A stretch of DNA of 64,000 nt from Chrysemys picta bellii (taxonomy: Eukaryota), in contig NC_088794.1 of the NCBI RefSeq assembly GCF_011386835.1, positions 31,310,001-31,374,000 on the forward strand, read 5' to 3'. Made by a program: the position numbers and the translations under genes. This document shows, piece by piece, positions 36,501-44,639 of the stretch (position 1 is the stretch's first letter; every line of letters starts with the position of its first letter). The notes beneath the pieces are model-generated. The model searched no databases, was not told the DNA's origin, and worked only from the letters and a program-made list of their open reading frames with translations.

Positions 36501-37362
36501 TGGCTCTCGAGCTTTTGAAGATCGTCATATGTGGCTCGGAGGGCAAGTAAGTTTTGGCACTCCTGCCATAGATTGTTTGATTCAACTTTTCTGATGGTAG
36601 AAAGGAAGAGAGGAAAAATTACAGCTCAAAGTTACCACCAGGGTATTGCATGCCTCCTGTCTGGGCCTCCTCAACAGCCTGATCCTCAGCTGACATCAGG
36701 GGTGCAATTCCATTGATGTCTGCAGAGCTGTGCCCAAGCATTTCAAGCTCACGTGGTTTTTTTCCCATTTCATTTCTTCCCCCTATAATGATGAGACATT
36801 TCTGCTCTTGCCATTCCCCCAGGATCTGGTTGAGGATTTAAGTAACCAAGGCTACCAAGACGATAAAAATCCTCTTTGGAGCACGAAAGACAACGCGTCG
36901 CTGAGAAGCGACACTTCGGAGAACGGTACTCCTGTCGTGCAGCAGCAGTCAAATGGCTTCCTTCCTCCGGAGCCCGCAGTAGAGAGCAGCATCGCAACAG
37001 CTTCCGCCACCATCAAGGGCGGGGAAGAGACCAAAGAGGGAAAGGACACAGACAGCGATAAAGAAGTGAAATCTATCCTCACAAAGGACAGGAAGACAGC
37101 GGACGATGGATACAAAGCTGTGTGGTTTAAGGATGAAATCGATCCAGACACCAAGGATGATGTTGTAGTGATTGAAGACCAGGTGGAAGAGGAAGTTGAT
37201 AGCGATGAGGATAAGAACGAGGACGATGAGGAGGATGAGCAGGGAAGTCAGCACGGTGACCCAGTGGGGTCCTTCATTCTAGACAGAGCTCAGCTCCAAG
37301 CAACGGATGGGAACCTCAAACCTGACCAGGATGCAGACACAGGAGACGACATTTTGTTATAG
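12477..37362 (+). CDS. CDHR5: Cadherin-related family member 5 (mucin-like protocadherin), 15 coding exons, 864 aa
   Basis: Join 12477-12558, 12810-12985, 15606-15656, 16008-16100, 17419-17517, 18755-18865, 19152-19325, 20799-20889, 22264-22361, 23275-23481, 24913-25029, 26545-26617, 28097-28612, 34664-34830, 36823-37362 = 2595 nt, open frame, all GT-AG. Diagnostic matches to human CDHR5: EDTKVN, PPWFxPCTF, PLxLxPGP, QDMAAxG, SILTK..GYKAVWF. Confidence 0.95.
12810..12985 (+). CDS. CDHR5: CDHR5 exon 2 (EC1)
   Basis: ttttccag| ECSVGNEKPTINENN...LTDSLDYE |gtaagt. Confidence 0.93.
13238..13498. mobile_element. GC-rich hAT MITE
   Basis: CAGGGGCGGCTC...GAGCCACCGCTG termini, TSD agtgctgg/agtgctga. 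Confidence 0.88.
13515..14204 (+). mobile_element. CR1 LINE 3' fragment
   Basis: Degenerate RT C-terminus (LYKPMV..LEYCIQF..KDILELGKVQRRATNMIRG) and CR1 3' end ttcttatgttc. Confidence 0.9.
14896..15172. mobile_element. PIF/Harbinger MITE
   Basis: TIRs GGCCTGGTCTACACT / AGTGTAGACAAGCCC. Confidence 0.85.
15606..15656 (+). CDS. CDHR5: CDHR5 exon 3 (51 nt)
   Basis: cacag| TENALLVTLLCWKGGIE |gtgagt; corresponds to human EKSLLEAQLLCQSGGTL. Confidence 0.85.
16008..16100 (+). CDS. CDHR5: CDHR5 exon 4 (EC1-EC2 linker)
   Basis: Long pyrimidine tract, ccag| VNSVIVLVQVGNLNDNSPVFKETNITVKVPE |gtaaga. Confidence 0.93.
17419..17517 (+). CDS. CDHR5: CDHR5 exon 5
   Basis: ttttcag| DTKVNTIIIPEDTVTASDADLDNVQYELTAITP |gtgagt. 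Confidence 0.93.
18755..18865 (+). CDS. CDHR5: CDHR5 exon 6
   Basis: tttttcag| EAIDYFNIHGINNPSIYLRKTLDYDKYTFMQLILYAR |gtgagt. Confidence 0.93.
19152..19325 (+). CDS. CDHR5: CDHR5 exon 7
   Basis: ctgtatag| DRTPGNPDGNTATATINIDIQQADTKPPWFQPCTFINADKKVCISSGYIGRVNISEKT |gtaggc. Confidence 0.93.
20347..20436 (+). mobile_element. 5'-truncated CR1-tail SINE/CR1 3' end
   Basis: ggttggactagatgacctcctgaggtcccttccaaccctgatattctatga, the same tail as 33399-33588. Confidence 0.75.
20799..20889 (+). CDS. CDHR5: CDHR5 exon 8
   Basis: tgttgcag| TEPLMLKPGPLFAIDPDYTLNEKIVYSIVG-G |gtaagt, phase 1. Confidence 0.93.
22264..22361 (+). CDS. CDHR5: CDHR5 exon 9
   Basis: ttctttag| GNKDDVFLLNSDTGNITMNKAANTTDVFILHVM |gtaagt. 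Confidence 0.93.
23275..23481 (+). CDS. CDHR5: CDHR5 exon 10
   Basis: ctctatag| ATQANNSLRYSFTTVEIKV...PSIPLKIFAADDDFPN |gtaagg. Confidence 0.93.
23624..24638. mobile_element. LTR-like repeat; related segments at about 52600-53150 and 56700-56960
   Basis: Starts TGTGACA. Shares 'cagctgggatcactaa..ctgggggatagct' with 53079-53140. No TSD confirmed. Confidence 0.45.
24404..24528. mobile_element. hAT MITE (TAGGGTGACCAGA family)
   Basis: TIRs present, TSD gctccatc/gttccatc. Confidence 0.9.
24913..25029 (+). CDS. CDHR5: CDHR5 exon 11
   Basis: ttttcag| KLNPQIMYNIQNSSDFTVTRDGLVLTNTMLQSAVTITML |gtatgt. Confidence 0.92.
26545..26617 (+). CDS. CDHR5: CDHR5 exon 12
   Basis: ctgcatag| ATATDEESLQEANTVITVEITPST-G |gtacgt, phase 1. 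Confidence 0.9.
28097..28612 (+). CDS. CDHR5: CDHR5 exon 13 (mucin-like S/T/P domain, 172 codons)
   Basis: tctccag| GTTTLSTPTTTTTSAAAG...FTNSHQT-G |gtagat, phase 1-1. An in-frame TAA at 28060 limits how far upstream the acceptor can be. Confidence 0.85.
29870..31566 (-). mobile_element. Fossil Ty3/Gypsy LTR retrotransposon (PBS, gag, protease, 5' part of RT), 3'-truncated
   Basis: Minus strand: PBS TGGTGACAGCGGT (31565-31553); gag RIDAYATELRTLASICNFG and RDRVVCG; knuckle CPANGQCCKECGKQNHF (30864-30814); protease FQLDCGASSNVIP (30605-30567); RT PLNRALKRSHYPVEDLLPDLFRAKVFILCDV*NGFW (30036-29929). Many stops and frameshifts. Confidence 0.9.
32020..32498. mobile_element. GC-rich hAT MITE (TAGGGTTACCATA family)
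   Basis: TIRs TAGGGTTACCATAT / ATATGGTAACCCTA, flanks cccaaaca / cccaacat. Confidence 0.88.
33399..33588 (+). mobile_element. tRNA-derived SINE with CR1 3' tail (turtle PolIII/SINE type)
   Basis: tRNA-like head GGGATAGCTCAGTGG (A box) and GAGTTCAATCC (B box), then CR1 tail ending gattctatga. Confidence 0.9.
34664..34830 (+). CDS. CDHR5: CDHR5 exon 14 (transmembrane)
   Basis: cctcgtag| GTKDERANLRYTAQDMAAVGATLAVCLLITLLGLGFIVRKQCRHTIERLVGKKRGE |gtaagt. Confidence 0.93.
34896..35144. mobile_element. hAT MITE
   Basis: CATAGGTGCC...GGCACCTATG termini, perfect TSD TGTCTTGG. Confidence 0.92.
35627..35746. mobile_element. hAT MITE (TAGGGTGACCAGA family)
   Basis: TIRs present, perfect TSD GTTACAGG. 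Confidence 0.92.
36264..36565. mobile_element. hAT MITE
   Basis: CAGGGGTGGCCAAA...TTTTGGCACTCCTG termini, degenerate TSD ccgtaggg/ccatagat. Confidence 0.7.
36823..37362 (+). CDS. CDHR5: CDHR5 exon 15 (cytoplasmic tail)
   Basis: ccccag| DLVEDLSNQGY...VKSILTKDRKTADDGYKAVWF...TGDDILL*. Confidence 0.93.
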   Translation, partial: DLVEDLSNQGYQDDKNPLWSTKDNASLRSDTSENGTPVVQQQSNGFLPPEPAVESSIATASATIKGGEETKEGKDTDSDKEVKSILTKDRKTADDGYKAVWFKDEIDPDTKDDVVVIEDQVEEEVDSDEDKNEDDEEDEQGSQHGDPVGSFILDRAQLQATDGNLKPDQDADTGDDILL

Positions 37363-37552
37363 GCTCGGCAAAGTGAGTTTTGCCAGTCTGGAAACTGTGG
37401 GTATTTTGAAGCCACTTTTCTGAGTAAGGGTCCCAGGTTCTTTGTGATGTGAGAGACAGGCCTACTAGCAAACAACGGTGGCTGGCAGATTTCACGAACA
37501 TACTCTCTGTGATCCCCTCCTGCCTTCAAGTGTAGAGTAAATAGATTTTAAG

Positions 37553-37690
37553 GCCAGCTGGGACCATTGTGATTATTTAGTCTGACCTTCATAGCACAGG
37601 CCATAAAACTTCACTTGGTAATGCCTGCACTGGGCCCAATAACTTGGGGTTAAGCTAGACCATCTCCTTCAGAGCGGATATTGATTTAAA
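37553..37690 (-). mobile_element. CR1 3' fragment in the CDHR5 3' region
   Basis: 'gggaccattgtgattatttagtctgacct..cacaggcca' resembles the reverse of a CR1 3' UTR (from recall). Confidence 0.55.
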
Positions 37691-40600
37691 TCAAGTATCT
37701 TCTTACTCCAGAGGAGAGTCCAATCCTCAGTTCCTAGCTTCAGAGGCCAGTGCCTTAGCCATTAGGCCACCGGCACTACTCCCAGGTCTTACTTCAGCCA
37801 GGGGGCTCCAAAAATACTTCTGCCCCCTCACTCCAGTTCTTCTGAGGCGCAATCAGGAGAACTCATTGGAAGTGATCTAGCCACTCTTAAGCCTCCCTTG
37901 AAACGGCTGAATAGATGCGAGTTTCCCAGGGCTCTCCCTACAGATGAACCCCTCCCAAGTTAATTAGTGGGGAAGTTCCCAGTGACAACTTCAGGTTTTG
38001 CTTCAAAACGATGCAGAGTCTAGAGTCTGTTTTAATTGGTTTTGACATGAAACAGGCAATTGCCACAGAGGTTTGCTTTGGAGGCTCATTTAAATCCCAG
38101 TGCTAGTTACACCACTGAGGCACCACCATTTAGTGGCACAAAACTAAGGCAAGCACAGAACTTCCCACTGAGACTCAATGAGCCTCATTCACTCTCCAGG
38201 CAAAATTAACAGTCTCCCCCTTCACTGCAAGCTCATTCCGCTCTCACGCTGCCCAGACGAGCTAGAGAGCATAGAAACAAGCGTAGTGGGAAAGACCATT
38301 ACACATTTCCTGTTGGTAGCACAGCTTAGTCATGTCCTCCCTACGTCAGGAATGTTTATTTGCACAAACTGGTAACACTTTAATGGATTATTTTATTCTT
38401 TATTGTTTTTAATTTAAGACTTGATTCTTCTCGCGGGTACACTGATGTGATATCAATACCATTACTCCTGATTTTCACTGGTGCAATTTAGAATAGGCAT
38501 GTGACCCACTGTGGCTTAGCGAGTCCAAAGCCAGGCCCCAGTCCTGTCGACATTTAGGCACATGCTTAAGTTTATGCGTGGGAATAGTCCCAATGAAGTC
38601 AATAGGGCAAAGCAAGTGTGTTTGCAGGACCTAGGCCTTATCCAGCATTTTCCTAACCATAAAAACCACAATGAAGGATTAAACCTATTAATTTACAGAG
38701 GATTTCAGCATGTGCTGCTGCCTGCAACTACTGTAAAATAGTCCTCTGCTTTGGGAACTGTATTGCACTTGGTTTGTTCATTGATCTGATCCACTGGTGG
38801 GGCAGAAGAGGGTAAACTCTCTTTCACAGAGCCCTTTCCCAAATCCACAGGGACACTGGTATACGAATCTCTTCAATGGGAGTCACACCTGGACCAATGA
38901 GAGGAGACCTGGGCCATGAGTTAGAAGAAGACTCCTTGTTTCATATTTAGATAATGATCAAGGTTTTTTTTGTATGGCTCTCTGATCACTATCATGCTAA
39001 GCCAAATGCACCACACATTTCTCTGCAATAAAGCTGTGGCATTCAGGAGTACGGATAAGATTGTCATCTTTATTTCTTGGCTCATCACCAGGCCTGGGTA
39101 TTGGCCTTTTGTAACCCTATCCCAGGGCAGGGGCTGGTCCCCACTGGCTCCAGCAGCTACATTTAAACCCACAATAAATCAATAGTGATCCCTTGCCCTG
39201 CAGGTTCTCTCTGCCCCTTATAGGAGGAAAGCAGAATAATCTAACATCATCAGAACCAAACTGAACTGGCTTAGTACAGTAGCCAGCCTGAAAGCAGATC
39301 AGATCCTCCCAGAGGGGCAGGGAACCAGCTGCCATGGGATATGTTAAAAACCCACAGACTTCCTGCTATGTTTTATGGTTTGGCTTCACAGAAGCTTGGT
39401 TTTTCCTTCTCCTTATAGTCCTCCTCTAGCACCCCCTTTATACTGTCATGAACCTTTCTTCAGTGTGGAGAGGTGACTATACCACTGCTTCCTTTACGGC
39501 CGATCACAGCCAGTACTTGTGTCAGCCATTGGCAATCCCCAAGGAACAAGGTGCTTCCAGACTGTGGAAGCAGAAAGTCTTGAATAAAGGGATTGACTCT
39601 TTGGGCCAGATTCTCAGCTGGTGTAAATCAATGTCACTCTGTTGACTTCCAGGGAGCAACACCAATTTACACCACCTGTGTGTCTGAATCCAATTATCTA
39701 TCAAGGTAAAATGCATGCTGCTCTCCGTTTTCCCATGTTAGTGCCAGTGACACTGACTGGTACTATTAAGTAACCTGGCTTTTGTCAAATGGCATCGGGA
39801 GTTATGCATCATGGGCAAGGCATTAGCGGAGCATGACTTCTGGTTTATTCCACTTGTTCCGCTTCCTATGGTATCAGGGTTTCATCAAGATAAGTCTGTT
39901 TTTCTAGAGACGTGACAGCAATACACAACCACACCCACTCCTGATTTATAAACTTGCAGCCAAATTGTACTTTCACTGACACTGTTGGCTTCAGTGGGGT
40001 TACTCCAATTGATACCAGTGTAGCTGAAAGCAGAACTCTGTTTTAAGACGCTCATCATCATCATAAGGCAAAACAGAATCTTACATGTATTGAAAAGCTG
40101 GGGTGCAAATTTGGGGCAAAATCCAATTAATTTACACCCATGCAGCCGCACTGAAATCAGGCAGACAAGTTATCTTCTGGACTTTGTTTTCATTATCTCC
40201 TCTGGTCTCTATTAGTATCCCTTGGTGCTACTGTACTTTGGCTGCTGAATCTGTGTGTTTGAATGACCACACCTGGGTTTCCATGGAGCAGCTGCCTCGC
40301 AGAGGGTGGGAGTTAGACAAGGAAGTCTCTGTGGCTTAGAATACATACAGTTTATCAGATAATGGAGGAAGCCAAGCATTAGTCCCATCTGCATAAAAGG
40401 ATCTCAGGCTGTAAAAGCATAAAGCGTCCATTGACATCACAAAAATTTCTCAATAGCAAATTGCTGAGCCTGTCACCTTGAATCAGCATCATACGTGAGG
40501 CTATGGAATAGGCAGCCCTCAACTGCAATACAATCCCAGACGAGGATTGTTTACTGCGGAAGTTGACCCAGCGTTCCCCTTCACCTCACCCTGGGCCTCT

Positions 40601-40821
40601 GCTTTGGCTCACTCCAGGTCCTAGTCTTCATGACCTTGTGCTGCTACTGGCCCAAAATAACCCGGGCCAGATTCTTGTACTGCTACAGGCCCAGGGAAAA
40701 GTGGATGCAATAGTTACCATTCTGATTTAGGAGCATTTGAAACCCACCTTTGCGTGGGGGGGGACAACTGATAACACAAAGGTGCAGGGCAAGGGAGAAC
40801 CTCTCTCTTCCACGTCCCCTA

Positions 40822-40985
40822 AAAAAAAAAAAAAAAAAAAAAAAATCAATGAGGAGTCCTTGTGGCACCTTAGAGACTAACAAATTTATTTGAGCATAAG
40901 CTTTCGTGGGCTAGAACCCACAGCATCAGATGCATGGCGTGGAAAATACAGGAGGCAGGTATAAAAATACAGCACATGAAAAGAT
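40822..40985 (-). mobile_element. Penelope-like insertion carrying a degenerate hammerhead core
   Basis: 10-bp TSD ACGTCCCCTA (40812-40821 and 40986-40995), an A-tract, the gtggcaccttagagactaac family motif, and CTGATG..GTGGG-TTCTAG-CCCAC-GAAA on the minus strand. Confidence 0.75.
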
Positions 40986-42554
40986 ACGTCCCCTAGTGCA
41001 CCAACCTCTCCACCATCCCTAGACTTCTGGCTCTGTCACAGCCTTCTAGGAGCCGATCCTCAGCTACTGTAAGTCAGCCTAGCTTCTGCACAGATGTCAG
41101 TGGAGCTAACCTGGTTTACACCTGTGCTTGGAGATGGAAAAGGCCCTGCTAGATCATCTAGTCCAGAGCCAGATTGTGCTTTGTCTAGTTTATATTCTTC
41201 AGCGCTTTGCCCAGACTAGCTTCACTCAAACATGGGGACTTCCTCTACATCCCATGGGAAAATATGCACTGTAAGACTAGAGAGATGATTACAAGACGTG
41301 TACTCAGTGCTGATGCTATACAGAGTGTTCCCAGCATAGCCCTGGTAGACTGGTGGTGGTGGCAGGGAAGAAGAGGAGACATTAGCAGTGCCAGGCAAAC
41401 AGTATTTTTTGTAAGTTGTGTGTATGGAGTAAAAGGCAGGAAGGTGGCGGGTGGATACAAGGGAACATGGAAAGGAACACGGAGAATACGTGTCATGGGG
41501 GCGGGGGGGAGAGAGAAAAGAGGTGGGGATAGGAAAGGCCCAGGACTTTCACCATCCTGTTTTCTCTTTGTGGTGCTGCTCAGCCTACATCAGAACCCTG
41601 CTAATTTTAGGCACAGATCAGTCATGCTGGCCAATGTATAAAGAGCTTTGAGCTGCTTTCATGTGGCATAATGACTTGAAAAGTTTCTGACTGAGGACGG
41701 GTGGCAAAGACCCCAGCTGCAAGATTCCTGATCCCTTTTATTAACCAGGAACCTACAGATCAGAGAGACAAGAGTTTACCAAGAAGGTAGAGTTCCAATA
41801 GGAGGAGGAGTCCATCCCAGTGCATTCAAACTTTCACACTGATGGTGCCAAGAATCGCATGTTGCCCTTGCACAAAGGTACATTGACTTCAGTGGATGCT
41901 CACAGAATTTGATCCCAAGTGTATTAACAACACACTTCACCAAACATCAGCACTATATGAAAGCCATGAATTATTAACAGTTTAATCCTGCAAACTCTTA
42001 TGCACTTGAGAAACTATACTTGCACAAATAATCCCCATTTAAGTCAATGGGACTCCTCCCATGAGTACATTTACGCACATGCATGTAGGATTTGCAGGAT
42101 CAGGGCCTAAGTCAGCAGGTATCCTCAGTAACATTAAAAAGGCAATATTGTTTTAAATTCATCACAGCTGCCAAGACCACATGCCTGAGCTTTAGCAGCA
42201 GGTGAACGTGGAGCATCCATTCATTCTAAAATGTAGCAGGTAAGTCAGATCACTCTGGAAGAGATTTCCCTCCTTAGATATGCCCAGTGGAACAGTTCCC
42301 TTTTCCAATGTTGCTTTCTCTTTAAAATCTTTTCCTACCAAGATCTACATGCAGGCAGCTACTATTTCTCTCCCCATCCTCCCTCCCCCTCCCCACACAC
42401 CCCATTTGTTTGCCTCTGGAATATTCAAATGGAGATGACCTTATGATCTCAAATTATAAAAGAGTCTGTTTCCCCATAGACTATTTCCATTCTCCAATTC
42501 ACTTCCTTTCTCCCTTGTTGTCCCTCATCTCTCACCTCCCAGTACATTGGGGTA

Positions 42555-43666
42555 TGTGACACACCGGGGTGCAATCCAGACCCGCAAGGGTCTGTGTCAC
42601 CCCTGCCCTGCAACCTTGGGTGCCTTACAATGCCCTTGCTGAAGTAGCTCCCACCTGGGCGACTCACAAGCAGCCTTCCGCAAGCCACACACTGAGTGTC
42701 TGTGTGTAACTGCAACCTGCCAGCCACACTTGGGTTACACTCTGGCTTTTACCAACCTGGGTTACTTCTACCTGGTGACCCCAACACACATGCAGTCCTG
42801 TATCCCCCCACCCCCAAATGTATGTTCTGTACCGTCTAGTCCTTTCCTGAACAGCCCAGAGATATTAGGTCTGTTGTCCCTTTAGGGGAACAATACACAA
42901 CAACTTGCCACCTTAAATGGAGTTTTACCCAGCCCAGACAATTTAACTTAAACACACTGGATTCATTTCAATTAAAGATTAAACACAATTTTAACTATAA
43001 TGAGATAGATTTTAAGTGAGTACAAATAATAGTGCATAAAAGTTAGAATGGTTACAAGAAAAATAAAGAGAACACTTCCTAGTGCCTAGCTTAACAAACT
43101 ATACATGATTCAAAGTACATTTCTTATCATAACCTTCTAACAGCATTACTGACCAAACTTTTCCAGTCAGGAGCCCTCCCCCAAAGTCCAGCGGCTGTTT
43201 CTTTTGTCTTCTCGGGTACAAAGAGGGAGAGAGATACCTTGAGGGTGTTTGCTCCTCACAAAATTCTATTTATCTGTTGAAGTCCTGAGAAGTTGAGCAG
43301 GCCCAAGCAAAATTCTATGTAGCTGAGCAGAAGGAGATATGGAGTCTGGATGCAGATCTGTTTGTTCCTGCTCCCTTTCCTTGCCAAAGAATGGCCATTT
43401 AATAGGTGATGGCCCATCACCACTGATGACACCTGGCCAGGCATCAACTTGTCCTTTGTCTTTGAGAAACAGGTTTTTTTACTCACTTCCCAGACCCATC
43501 TGGGAAACACACTTCAGTCATGATTTCAGCTTATGTTGTCACATACTGGTCAATGATATCAAAGTGTGAGTGATTAGTTTTTAAATGATATCTCACAAGA
43601 AATATTTTGTACAAAGATTATTACAATAGTGTGTAAGGTGTGTATGCAGAGGCATATTCTGTCACA
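42555..43666. mobile_element. Solo LTR
   Basis: TGTGACA...TGTCACA termini, TSD gggta/gggtg (4/5). Confidence 0.8.
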
Positions 43667-44233
43667 GGGTGAAATTTCTCAATAGTATATTTGGGGAATT
43701 TTCTAGCAGGATTTAAATGCAAATACACCTGGATTTCTCATCGACACCACTCTCCTAAGAATGTCATAAGTTCCTTAAAGCAATAGTTACGGTATTTTAG
43801 ACAGAAGTAGCAAAGCAAAAAGAGGTTTACCACTATAGGAGGTTTTGGTGTTCAGTCCAAAATGCTCATAACTAAAACCTAAATATCTGCGGAAAGGGTT
43901 GAGGTATTTGGAGGCTCAAATAAAGAAAAAGGAGAGAGTGGAATGAAACTGAAAGAAGGAAATTGCTTCCTGTGTTCACTTACAGCAAGTACTCTGGCTG
44001 TTCCCATGATTATTTGTATGCTACAGGAGTTTCACTGAATATTTGTGTAAGTAACTACTGAAGGCAAAGGTGAGTTCTCACCAGAAACCGGATTTTAAGA
44101 GTTACACTGAGCCAGCCAGAGAACAGAAACAATACCATGTGACTTGTGTCCAAAACACCAGCCCATGTGCTCAGATATCAAATACAGGCCAGGAATTTAA
44201 AAGATGCATGCCCTAAAGTCAGGCTTCCAACAC

Positions 44234-44639
44234 CAGGGCCAGTGCAACCATTTAGGCGACCTAGGTAGTCGCCTAGGGCACTAGGATTTGGGGGGCGCCA
44301 TTTTCTTTGGCAGCAACCGCGGCAGCCGGATCTTCGGCCACCCCGGTCGCAGCCAGCATTTAGGCGGAGGGAGCTGGAGCAGTGGAGCACGGGGAGGGCC
44401 GCCTGCGTCAAAGGGGGTTGGTGACAACTCCCTGCCCCAGCTCACCCCTGCCCCGCCTCCTCCCCGAGCAGGCCGTGGCTGCTTCACTTCTCCCGCCTCC
44501 CAGGCTTGCGGCGTCTAAGCAGGGCAGGGGTGAGCTGGGGCGGCGGGGAGGGGGGGTGCCTCAGGGCAGGGGGGAGGGGGCGGGGGCACGCAAGGTGGAA
44601 GTTTCGCCTAGGGCACAAAACATCCTTCCACCGGCCCTG
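44234..44639. mobile_element. GC-rich hAT MITE
   Basis: CAGGGCCAGTG...CACCGGCCCTG termini, perfect TSD TCCAACAC. Confidence 0.92.

Noticed and set aside
36730-36822. 5' part of the 210-aa ORF
   Set aside because: Intronic polypyrimidine tract; the real exon starts at the 36823 acceptor, which is phase-compatible with exon 14.
43945-43955. ISRE-like GAAACTGAAAG
   Set aside because: Isolated in a purine-rich tract; a couple of GAAANNGAAA matches are expected by chance in this window.
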